From contig JAJZLT010000019.1 in NCBI GenBank assembly GCA_021803245.1, positions 1 to 51,973 on the forward strand: a stretch of DNA of 51,973 bases. Direction: 5' to 3'. Numbering within the stretch: the first letter of the stretch is position 1; each line of letters opens with the position of its first letter. Made by a program: the position numbers and the translations under genes. The notes beneath the pieces were generated by a model. It was not told the DNA's origin. It saw only the letters and a program-made list of their open reading frames with translations, and did not search any database. Below are positions 17,335 to 24,986 of this stretch, in pieces. The stretch is from Candidatus Micrarchaeota archaeon (lineage in GTDB: Archaea; Micrarchaeota; Micrarchaeia; Micrarchaeales; CABMGC01).

Positions 17335-19200
17335 TTAAGCTTCTCCCAGGGGCTTACCAGGAATTTTAGGGGTGAAAAGATTCTGAAGCTGCTTTAGAAT
17401 AGCGGATACTGTTGTTTTATAGTTTGCTGAACCTGAAGTTCCTGATTGGTCTGTGTTACCATTGGTACTAGTTCTCCATTTGCCTACAGCCATTGAGATA
17501 GATTCATTTCCATTTTTCATGGTTGTTTGAGTTACAATGCCTTCTACGCCAAAGAAGGTATAATTATTTGAACTGGAAGGATTGTTTAGGCTAAAATTCT
17601 TTAGATTAGGCATAATCGCAGTTACAGAACCCTGAACTAGGCTTCCTGAACTGGATTCTGATGTGGAATTTGCACCTACCTGCCCATTAAAAATACCTAT
17701 GTTTCCATTAAGGTCAAATAAACAGGGAACTGAAAATGCTGCTGAAGCGCCCAATCCTGATTGGCTTATGTATACTTGGGACTTGGAAAGATTCTTGGTA
17801 TTTATCATAGCCACCGCAGGGCCTACATTTATAGTTGCATCGTTGTTGTAATAATTAACTCCAAAATTAGCTTTCCAGATCCCAATTTCATAGTCGATAG
17901 GTTTGCTCTCAATGCAAGCCATAACCTGCTGATCATAGTAGTTTAATGCGTATTTTTCACTCGTTTCAAGAAATTTCCATTTCGACGGAGGTGATTGAAG
18001 GAATTTTCCTGCACTCATATTCAAACCAATTGCTGAATCGGCATTTTCAACTGTGCTTTGCATTGTGTCACTTCTTGAAAGGTTTTTAAGGAAAGAGTAA
18101 ATTACAGCCCATATATTTTGCGTTATGAATGGATCTGTTCTGCTATAAACTACTTGGTTATGTGGAGTTACAACCACCCACCATCCTTTATCCATCTCCT
18201 GTGCAAGTGAACCTATCGGAGCTGCATTATAAGCAGTATTGTTATTCGTTCCAGTAGTTATTTTACCTACGTTCTGCGCGGTGACTGTCTTAGGGCTGCC
18301 TACGTAGCTTCCGTGGCCGTTGGTGCTTGATGGCATTGCTAGCTGTGTGCTTGAACTTCCCGATCCTGCGCCTGAAGAAGATGGGAGGCTTACGACTGAA
18401 AAATTAAGTTTGCCAGGTTTCGAAACAGATGATGAAGTAGCCCAGGTACTTATGCCAAAATATAATGGGCCGAGCTCGTTAACTACAAATACGAGCGAAT
18501 TATTACATTCTTTCAATGTATGTGTAGATTGTTGAGTAGGCCATCTTCCTACTAAGTCTTTCGGATTGGAAGTTAACATGCCTACTGCATTTTCATTTGA
18601 ATACGCTGCTATCTGCTGTTCAGTTAGCGCCGTATCGAAAATACCTATATAATAAATTGGTGAGGCAGTTGGAATGCCAGATGAAGTTGAATTATTGCCA
18701 AAATTTATGATAAATGGTCTGGCATTAGAACTAACAGATATATCTACAATTTTATGTAGCGCTGAGCCTGCAGTATCGCTATACCAGGCATAGGATGTTC
18801 CATTGTAAACATAAGCATCTTCAACAGATTTGGTCAATCCACCTATATCCGTAACTATAGTCCATGGTTTATTTTCAAATCTTGTTATAGCTTCAACACC
18901 TGCGGAGCCAACCGAGCTAACTACGCAGGTATTCTTTACTACAGCTGCAGATAACTTCCCTTTGCTCTCTGCTCCTGCGGTGGCAGGCATATGCGCAATC
19001 GCAGTACCGGCAAGCAAGGCAGTGGCGCTTATTCTCTCTGCTTTCCTGAATACATCTCTTAAGCCGCTTTCCCTGAGATTGACTGCTGATTCTGCAGTTC
19101 TCCTTGCATGCGCTATTTCAGTTCTCTGCCTGTTTTCCGGAACGCCTCTTGTAATCAGCATGTGTACACCAAACACCTCACAGATATACTTTTTATTCAA
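17335..19200 (-). CDS. large secreted Asn/Ser/Thr-rich protein with an N-terminal LamG/concanavalin-like segment, function unknown
   Basis: 621-aa ORF (alternative start Met at 19161). Charged N-terminus, then an Ala/Thr-rich hydrophobic stretch ISATALLAGTAIAHMPATAGA. The segment ending IYYIGIFDTALTEQQIAAY resembles the C-terminal signature of LamG_3 domains. The rest is unrecognised. Confidence 0.6.
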   Translation of the reverse strand: MNKKYICEVFGVHMLITRGVPENRQRTEIAHARRTAESAVNLRESGLRDVFRKAERISATALLAGTAIAHMPATAGAESKGKLSAAVVKNTCVVSSVGSAGVEAITRFENKPWTIVTDIGGLTKSVEDAYVYNGTSYAWYSDTAGSALHKIVDISVSSNARPFIINFGNNSTSSGIPTASPIYYIGIFDTALTEQQIAAYSNENAVGMLTSNPKDLVGRWPTQQSTHTLKECNNSLVFVVNELGPLYFGISTWATSSSVSKPGKLNFSVVSLPSSSGAGSGSSSTQLAMPSSTNGHGSYVGSPKTVTAQNVGKITTGTNNNTAYNAAPIGSLAQEMDKGWWVVVTPHNQVVYSRTDPFITQNIWAVIYSFLKNLSRSDTMQSTVENADSAIGLNMSAGKFLQSPPSKWKFLETSEKYALNYYDQQVMACIESKPIDYEIGIWKANFGVNYYNNDATINVGPAVAMINTKNLSKSQVYISQSGLGASAAFSVPCLFDLNGNIGIFNGQVGANSTSESSSGSLVQGSVTAIMPNLKNFSLNNPSSSNNYTFFGVEGIVTQTTMKNGNESISMAVGKWRTSTNGNTDQSGTSGSANYKTTVSAILKQLQNLFTPKIPGKPLGEA

Positions 19201-19551
19201 ATATATAAATCTTTCCTTAAGTATATGATCAAATATGAAGATTCAATGTCCGAGGACAGATTGGATAATATACAATAAAAATGGTTATCTCTTTTAAGGA
19301 AACCATGTGCCGCTTGAAAGTTCAGCTGCAAGGCAAGGGGTAGCCCGGGCGAGGAGGTACAGGGTATCGCACGCGCTACATAAAATGGGAAGACTGTACA
19401 TCGATCTTGAGTACATGTGCCTGAAGCTTTGTGCCCATATTTTTAGGCGCAGAAATTATTGGATTGCGTATCAACTCCCTAACATATGCCAATAACAAAG
19501 CCTTTTTATCTTTTCCTTGAGAGAATAATACTACTATATTTGGTAGATATA

Positions 19552-19818
19552 ATGAAGCTTAACATCATAGAGGAAGAAGCGAAGAGCATGATAATAGAAT
19601 TTGACGGCACCGACAGGGCTATACCCGAGTTGCTTAAGGACAAGCTAATGCAGAATAAGGATGTGGAATTTGCCAGCGTGATGAAAACGCACCCTGAGAT
19701 CGGGCAACCAAGGTTGGTAGTCAAATCAGGAAAAAACGCGAAAAGCCTCGTATTGAAAGCTCTGGAAGATGTGGAAGAAGACATAAAAGAACTCTCCTCG
19801 CAGATGAATAAGAAATAA
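19552..19818 (+). CDS. rpoL: DNA-directed RNA polymerase subunit L (Rpo11)
   Basis: 88 aa from ATG 19552: MKLNIIEEEAKSMIIEFDGTDRAIPELLKDKLMQNKDVEFASVMKTHPEIGQPRLVVKS. The track ORF start at 19486 is probably too long. Confidence 0.8.
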   Translation: MKLNIIEEEAKSMIIEFDGTDRAIPELLKDKLMQNKDVEFASVMKTHPEIGQPRLVVKSGKNAKSLVLKALEDVEEDIKELSSQMNKK

Positions 19819-20372
19819 TGCCAATAAAACAAGGTGCAAGGATACTTGCACTTGACGATGCGCCTTTTTCAAGGAAAGGGAAGACCGCATTAGTTATTGG
19901 AGTAATAGGCAGGCAGAGGATCATTGAAGGAGTGCTTTCCTTCAAGGTATATGTAGCAGGCGATGATTCTACTTCTAAAATTATCTTTGCCTTCAGAAGA
20001 TCAAGGTTCAGGAGCCAGATAAAGGCGCTTGCGCTAAACGGCGGCACTCTTGCAGGTTTGAATATAGTGGATATGGTGAAGCTTAGGAAGGAGCTTAAGC
20101 TGCCAATACTCGCCATCACTAGAAGGCGCCCAATAAATGAGAGGTTGACAGAGGCGCTGGAGGCTTCTGGTGCAAGCAGGAAAAAAATAGAGCTGGCCAA
20201 GAGGAACTTCAATGCGTGCAAGTTATATAACATGAATGGCTATTATATACAAAGTATTGGAATGGAGAAATTGGACGTTAAGATGCTTTCGCTGGAAGCT
20301 GCTGGCCTTCTCAGGCTAGCGCACCTTATAGCAAGCGGCATAGCTAGGGGAGAATCGAAAGGCAGAATGTAG
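19818..20372 (+). CDS. UPF0215/DUF99 family protein (endonuclease V-like fold)
   Basis: 184-aa ORF with ILALDDAPF..., LNGGTLAGLNIVD and C-terminal RLAHLIASGIARGESKG. Its start overlaps the rpoL stop. rpoL-DUF99 linkage is common in archaea. Confidence 0.75.
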   Translation: MPIKQGARILALDDAPFSRKGKTALVIGVIGRQRIIEGVLSFKVYVAGDDSTSKIIFAFRRSRFRSQIKALALNGGTLAGLNIVDMVKLRKELKLPILAITRRRPINERLTEALEASGASRKKIELAKRNFNACKLYNMNGYYIQSIGMEKLDVKMLSLEAAGLLRLAHLIASGIARGESKGRM

Positions 20373-20380
20373 GAGGTTCC

Positions 20381-21145
20381 TTGGATTTGCTCAAGAAGAT
20401 ATTTGGATGGAAGGAAAGCGTGACAGATACCGCGTTGTATGACAATCATAAGCTCACAATATCTGAAAGCAGCTATGGCAAGACCCTCCGGTATGACGAT
20501 GTCGTATATTCAAGAATAATGAATGGTTCCATCTACACTGGAGAGTACTGGGACTTCTTCTTGCCCCTAGCATATTATAAGAAAAAACCACGCATGCTCA
20601 TGATAGGACTGGGGGGCGGCACAATACCATATCAGCTCTATAAATTGATGGGAAATAATTTCGACCTCGATGTAGTAGAGAACAATGATGCCATGGTAAA
20701 ACTATTTAGCAAATTCGCGGGAACTGAGGTCAAGATAAACCTGATAAATGGAGATGGTGCAGAATATGTGAAAACTTGTACATCGGCCTATGATGTGATA
20801 ATACTTGACGCGTATAAGGGAGGTTTTGTTCCAGACGTCTTCCTGACCCCTGAATTCGTTGACAATGTTAGCAACTGCCTTAAGGACAAAGGAGTATATG
20901 GGATAAACTTTATTAGTTCTATGGCAGGCACGGATAGATTCCGCTCGCATCTGACTTGCATAAAAGACAGGTTTTCAGTATATAGAGTAGATACATCGGG
21001 GTACAGCATAAATAAGATATTGTTATGCCTCAAGGCTATAAAGGAAGCAGAGATAATTGATGGAATAAAAGAGAATATGCCAATTACTGCAGAAAATAAG
21101 TATATACTCGAAGGGTATCTCAGGATGTTTGAGGTAGAGTCCTAG
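20381..21145 (+). CDS. spermidine synthase-like class I SAM-dependent methyltransferase-fold protein
   Basis: TTG start preceded by AGGAGG at 20371-20376. Contains MLMIGLGGGT (motif I), DVVENN, NGDGAEY and YDVIILDAY. Confidence 0.65.
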   Translation: MDLLKKIFGWKESVTDTALYDNHKLTISESSYGKTLRYDDVVYSRIMNGSIYTGEYWDFFLPLAYYKKKPRMLMIGLGGGTIPYQLYKLMGNNFDLDVVENNDAMVKLFSKFAGTEVKINLINGDGAEYVKTCTSAYDVIILDAYKGGFVPDVFLTPEFVDNVSNCLKDKGVYGINFISSMAGTDRFRSHLTCIKDRFSVYRVDTSGYSINKILLCLKAIKEAEIIDGIKENMPITAENKYILEGYLRMFEVES

Positions 21146-21387
21146 AGAAGGCTTTCCTCTTCCACTTCGACTTCATTTACTCCTTTTATCTTGCGAAGCT
21201 TTTCTTCGAATGCGGAACTGCCTTCTGAATCTTCATGCACAAAAAGAACTTTCAGCACTTTTATGCCGAATGCAACATCCTCAAGCTGCATACTTTTAGG
21301 CTGCAGCGTCTCTCTAACGTTCCTTCTTACTTCCTCCTCCTCTCCGTTGTTCGGATATACTTTGAATAGTGTAGCTACTTTTGCCAT
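21142..21387 (-). CDS. translation elongation factor aEF-1 beta
   Basis: 81 aa from ATG 21387: MAKVATLFKVYPNN...VAFGIKVLKVLFVHEDSEG...IKGVNEVEVEE. The longer track ORF (to 21450) overlaps the upstream Zn-ribbon gene. Confidence 0.8.
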   Translation of the reverse strand: MAKVATLFKVYPNNGEEEEVRRNVRETLQPKSMQLEDVAFGIKVLKVLFVHEDSEGSSAFEEKLRKIKGVNEVEVEEESLL

Positions 21388-21388
21388 A

Positions 21389-21556
21389 TCACGGACCCTC
21401 GAATTCACATTTTGAGCATTTGTACTTCGTATGAGTCTTCCTGCACTCATGACATCTGATTATTACTTCTTCTCCGCACTGCGGACAGTTGAACTCTGCA
21501 TATCTTATGGTAAGCTTCCCGCATGAAGAGCAGACCTTCCCTTGAGTATTGGCCAT
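21389..21556 (-). CDS. Zn-ribbon protein (COG2888-like, translation-associated)
   Basis: Not in the ORF track (55 aa). My translation is MANTQGKVCSSCGKLTIRYAEFNCPQCGEEVIIRCHECRKTHTKYKCSKCEFEGP. It has four CxxC pairs and sits immediately upstream of aEF-1beta, as in many archaea. Confidence 0.7.
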   Translation of the reverse strand: MANTQGKVCSSCGKLTIRYAEFNCPQCGEEVIIRCHECRKTHTKYKCSKCEFEGP

Positions 21557-21622
21557 TTAAATCACAGTCACAAACTACATTATTTAAAGCAGTAGTAATA
21601 GATTATCTTTTATACACAAACG

Positions 21623-21630
21623 TATAAAAA
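21623..21630 (+). promoter_or_regulatory. TATA box for tRNA-Arg
   Basis: TATAAAAA centred about 25 nt upstream of the tRNA 5' end at 21651. Confidence 0.5.
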
Positions 21631-21650
21631 GATTAGTTACTGGCAGCTAT

Positions 21651-21725
21651 GGACATGTGGTGTAACTTGGATAGCACGCTGGCTTGCGGAGCCAGAAGCT
21701 CCGGGTTCAAATCCCGGCATGTCCG
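21651..21725 (+). tRNA. tRNA-Arg (anticodon GCG)
   Basis: Hand-folded cloverleaf. Acceptor GGACATG/CATGTCC, D stem GTGT/GCAC, anticodon stem CTGGC/GCCAG with loop TTGCGGA, T arm CCGGG-TTCAAAT-CCCGG, discriminator G. No intron and no encoded CCA. Confidence 0.9.
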
Positions 21726-21748
21726 CAGTGATCATTAAACTTTCTGCA

Positions 21749-21894
21749 CGGTGCCATTGTCGGCTCAACTTAGCACGCAAAGCACTGCATCTCCGAATCC
21801 AGCAGGCGGGACGGCTACCGGGCCAGGTTTCTCCGTGACAGCCTTATTCCTTGGTGGGATCCTGTTATTGAGCCAACAGAAATACCAGGCACCG
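21749..21894 (+). repeat. long-range imperfect inverted repeat enclosing about 99 nt (candidate structured RNA or MITE-like element)
   Basis: Positions 21749-21755 pair perfectly with 21888-21894 (7 bp). Positions 21757-21768 pair with 21868-21879 (12 positions, one C-A mismatch, one G-U). An 8-nt bulge lies at 21880-21887. Confidence 0.5.
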
Positions 21895-21924
21895 CATCTA
21901 GGCAGTGCCAGATTTCACGTTCGC

Positions 21925-21939
21925 TTTGTTTTAAAAAAA
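21925..21939. terminator. bidirectional T-run terminator between the tRNA-Arg region and the convergent HAD gene
   Basis: TTTGTTTTAAAAAAA gives an oligo-T tract on both strands, 8 nt from the HAD stop codon. Confidence 0.45.
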
Positions 21940-21946
21940 GCAGACC

Positions 21947-22717
21947 TTAATAATAGATGTCATTCTTAATATTTAACTTGTCCGTACCTTTTCTGAGCAT
22001 AGGCATTATAACCTGTGTAAGCTCTGACAGCGAATCTACTAACGCGTCTGGGGCTGAGGCTTGCAGGCTGGACTTGTGGTGGTGTCCGGTCGTTATTCCT
22101 ACGGAGAATACGCCAATTTCTTTCGCGGTGCTTATGTTGTATATGTTGTCCCCGACGTAAAGCGCGTACTGCGGCTCTACCGCCCTTCTATTCAGTACTT
22201 CCAAGATTCCCTTCCTTCTGTCCTTTACGCCTCCGACAACTTCAGAAAAAAATCCGTCTATTCCTGATTCCCTGGCTTCTGCTATTACATGGTATGCTGG
22301 ACGGCTGCTCAATATTACTATAGGTATGCCTGTTCTTGAAATTTCCCCCAGTGCAAACTTCGCGTCAGAGTACAGGGTTGGCCTGCCGGAGCTAAACTTT
22401 ACCTCCTCAGGCTTGGCTTTATACTGCTGCTCAACCAGGAAGCCATGATTATCTGCAATGCCATGCTCCCTGAATAATTCAGCCGGACCCCTGTGTGGCA
22501 AGCGCAGCCATTCTGAGAACTCCAATGTCGGTTTGCCGTGAGATTCCATTATCCGCATTGCTGCACTGTAGACAACTTTCCTATTATCGCTGAATACCCC
22601 GCTCCAGTCCGATAAAACCAGTCTGGTCTCGCGTGATCTCTCCTGTGATGGTTTAAGTAGAGTTGGCATTGATATCTCCGAATAATCAGTAACTAATTGC
22701 CATTGTATATAATCCAT
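21947..22717 (-). CDS. HAD-superfamily hydrolase (phosphatase-like)
   Basis: 256-aa ORF. Motif I-like LVLSDWSGVF (second Asp replaced by Ser), motif II ILSSRP, motif IV-like YVGDNIYNI. Confidence 0.6.
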   Translation of the reverse strand: MDYIQWQLVTDYSEISMPTLLKPSQERSRETRLVLSDWSGVFSDNRKVVYSAAMRIMESHGKPTLEFSEWLRLPHRGPAELFREHGIADNHGFLVEQQYKAKPEEVKFSSGRPTLYSDAKFALGEISRTGIPIVILSSRPAYHVIAEARESGIDGFFSEVVGGVKDRRKGILEVLNRRAVEPQYALYVGDNIYNISTAKEIGVFSVGITTGHHHKSSLQASAPDALVDSLSELTQVIMPMLRKGTDKLNIKNDIYY

Positions 22718-23090
22718 TTAACTATAAAAAGCTTTCTATTTTTTCAGGAAAATCTCCAAAATGATAGCGGCTTTGGATTTTAATACTTCAAGGGAGTCTT
22801 GCCAAAATAACCCGTATGGCCCCAACGGTTCTGCAGCAGCTTTTCATATCTGGCACATTATTGTGCTTTTTTAGTCGTAAATAAGTGCATCGGCTTCTGG
22901 AAGCATGGATGGACAGTTAAGTTACGCAGGCTTTGTCTTTGCCATGTCTGATCCCTGAGCCTTTGGGCATGCAGGAAAGGCTGCATTTTTTATTAGTTAA
23001 TAATGAAGGGATTTTACAAAATAACAAAGAAGTTCTTATATATTGAGAAATTTAAGAATATTTAAATATGTGTTTGGCTATATTATAATT

Positions 23091-23143
23091 GGATGTTTAG
23101 GTGCTTTTTGTAAATCCCACCAAACCCCATTCACCTAACATCC
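23091..23143 (+). other. hairpin in the ORF-free spacer
   Basis: GGATGTTTAGGTG (23091-23103) pairs with CACCTAACATCC (23132-23143): 12 bp with a one-base bulge and a loop of about 28 nt. Preceded by TATA-like TATTATAA. Confidence 0.4.
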
Positions 23144-23272
23144 TCTATATTTAATTTTCCGTACCGGTAGACATCTCTACGGATGCAAAGCCCAGTTTTA
23201 TGATGAATTGCTGAGCGTGCGCAGGCCGGAAACGCATATATATTTCATATAGCAACATAATTCTGTGAGTGT

Positions 23273-24364
23273 ATGGTTAATGTGGAGGTAAAAGTGCCTT
23301 CCAATATAAAGATAGCTGGAGAACATTCGGTAGTTTTTGGGGGACCCAGCTTATCTGCAGCAGTACCGCCGTATGCAACAGCAACTTTAAGTAGTTCCAG
23401 TCAGGATAAATTGGAGGTAGTTCTTAAGGATCTTGATATTTCTGCTGCATTTGATGGGCCTGCGTTAAGAAAACTTTACTCTGAATATGGTAAAAGGGAT
23501 ACGGCGCCTAAAAAAACCGGGGACAAAAGGCTTACCGGCCTTGCGGAGTATATAGCAGGGCACGCAGAGATAAGAAGGGAAATGCTACCGTACGCAACAA
23601 TAGCTGCAAGGCTCCTTGTTGAGCAAGGCATAAACCCTATCGGAAAACAGGTTGCCATACATTCAGACGTGCCAATAGGAAAGGGGTATGCCAGCAGCGC
23701 GGTGTGCTCTACCGCGTTTGCGATGGTCCTTGTTAAAGCTTCTGGAAAGCAATTAGAAGACCAGACCGCCATAGACATCTCAAGGGATGGAGAACGGATA
23801 GTGCACGGGATAGAAACAGGCGGCCGGCTTGATGTTGGCCCCATATACTTTGGGGGTTATGCGACTTTTAAGGCATCTGAAGGAATAAAATCGCTGGAAA
23901 TCTCAACGCCCGTCAGCTTCGTAGTTATGGATGTCGGGCCAAAGCCACCTACTGCGAAAATGGTAGAGAAAGTACGAGCACTGCATGATGCAGACCCGGA
24001 TGGCACAGACAAAATACTTAGGGAAATAGATGGGGTCGTACTGAGATGCATAGACGCGCTTAAAAACAGGGACCTGAAAGAGCTTGGAAAACATATACAC
24101 CATAACCATGAGCTATTGCGAAAACTCGGAGTTTCTTCCGATAAACTTGATAATGCAGTTTCTGTTGCGATGTCAAATGGCAGTTATGGTGCCAAGCTCT
24201 GTGGCGGAGGAGGCGGAGGAATGGGCATGGCGCTGGTAGGGAGCGATGCCGATGCCAAGCGAGTGATAAACGCTTTAAAATCCAATGGATTTGAAGCTTA
24301 TAGTGTAAACGTAATCCTTAAAGGAGCAAAAGAAGAGATCAGGATCGGAACTGAAACCGGCTGA
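23273..24364 (+). CDS. mvk: mevalonate kinase
   Basis: GHMP kinase motifs KIAGEHSVVFGGPSL and SDVPIGKGYASSAVCSTA, plus C-terminal KLCGGGGGG. Confidence 0.85.
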   Translation: MVNVEVKVPSNIKIAGEHSVVFGGPSLSAAVPPYATATLSSSSQDKLEVVLKDLDISAAFDGPALRKLYSEYGKRDTAPKKTGDKRLTGLAEYIAGHAEIRREMLPYATIAARLLVEQGINPIGKQVAIHSDVPIGKGYASSAVCSTAFAMVLVKASGKQLEDQTAIDISRDGERIVHGIETGGRLDVGPIYFGGYATFKASEGIKSLEISTPVSFVVMDVGPKPPTAKMVEKVRALHDADPDGTDKILREIDGVVLRCIDALKNRDLKELGKHIHHNHELLRKLGVSSDKLDNAVSVAMSNGSYGAKLCGGGGGGMGMALVGSDADAKRVINALKSNGFEAYSVNVILKGAKEEIRIGTETG

Positions 24365-24578
24365 TTTAAGTAGCTCCGCGTTTATTTGGATAGCCAGGCA
24401 TTGGATTAATCAGCTCCGAAGCAGCGAATTTTGAAATAACCAGGAATGATTTCTGAGAATGCAGAGGTTTAGGCAACTGGCCTGTCCTCTAAAATCACAC
24501 GCGGAATTGGTACGTGGAGAAAATGAGGAGATGCCGCTCAGGATGATATTTCCTCAGGACTCGCCTGCCTGCGCTGTT

Positions 24579-24986
24579 TTATACGGGCTCGAACTTGAAG
24601 TGGTAATATATGAGGCCTTCTTCTCCATCAGCATGCATCTTCCTGAATACTGAATGCACCTTCGTACCTATCTTTACTTCTCCATTGCCCGCATCCACTA
24701 CGTGGCCTTCAACTCTGGGACCTTCTTCAAGCTCTACCACTGCCACAGTATACGGTGCACTGTCCTTGAACGCCTGAGCAGGTACCCGTATCTTAGTTAC
24801 AGCGTACACCTTCCCATTGCCGCTTAGCTTCTCCTCTCTCATTTTAGTCTTCCTGCCGCACTGCCTGCAGACTATTCTCTTAGGGAAGTATATCTTTCCG
24901 CAGTTTTCGCATTTATTGCCTACCAGATTGTACCTTTCGTTTATCCTTCTCCACAAGCTAGCAGATGCCCTCTCCATTTTTACCAT
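24579..24986 (-). CDS. DUF35 OB-fold/Zn-ribbon protein (scaffold subunit of the thiolase/HMG-CoA synthase complex)
   Basis: 135 aa from ATG 24986: MVKMERASASLWRR...CENCGKIYFPKRIVCRQCG (rubredoxin-like), then an OB fold. The start overlaps the thiolase stop by 1 nt (TGATG). The longer track ORF is an artefact. Confidence 0.85.
   Translation of the reverse strand: MVKMERASASLWRRINERYNLVGNKCENCGKIYFPKRIVCRQCGRKTKMREEKLSGNGKVYAVTKIRVPAQAFKDSAPYTVAVVELEEGPRVEGHVVDAGNGEVKIGTKVHSVFRKMHADGEEGLIYYHFKFEPV

Noticed and set aside
19307-19495. 62-aa GTG-initiated ORF in the rpoL upstream spacer.
   Set aside because: The product is Arg/Cys/Tyr-rich with no motif and has a non-ATG start. It is more likely non-coding (see the finding on this spacer).
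21745-21915. Possible SRP (7S) RNA, RNase P RNA, TPP riboswitch or H/ACA sRNA.
   Set aside because: I could not find the helix-8 pattern (CAGG-stem-GNAR-stem-AGCA), the CR-I GGAAAGUCC / CR-V motifs, the CUGAGA/ACCUGAUCUGG thi-box elements, or a pocket plus correctly placed ACA box. No class is assigned without a covariance-model search.
21751-21969. GTG-initiated 72-aa ORF downstream of tRNA-Arg.
   Set aside because: It has no ATG and no recognisable family, overlaps the HAD gene's 3' end, and coincides with the inverted-repeat structure. It is kept only as an alternative explanation in the corresponding finding.
23199-23214. ATGATGA followed 4 nt later by CTGA (box C / box D-like), with a similar ATGATTTCTGA near 24446.
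   Set aside because: The boxes are only 0-4 nt apart. There are no guide regions, no C'/D' boxes and no flanking terminal stem, so this is not a C/D box sRNA.
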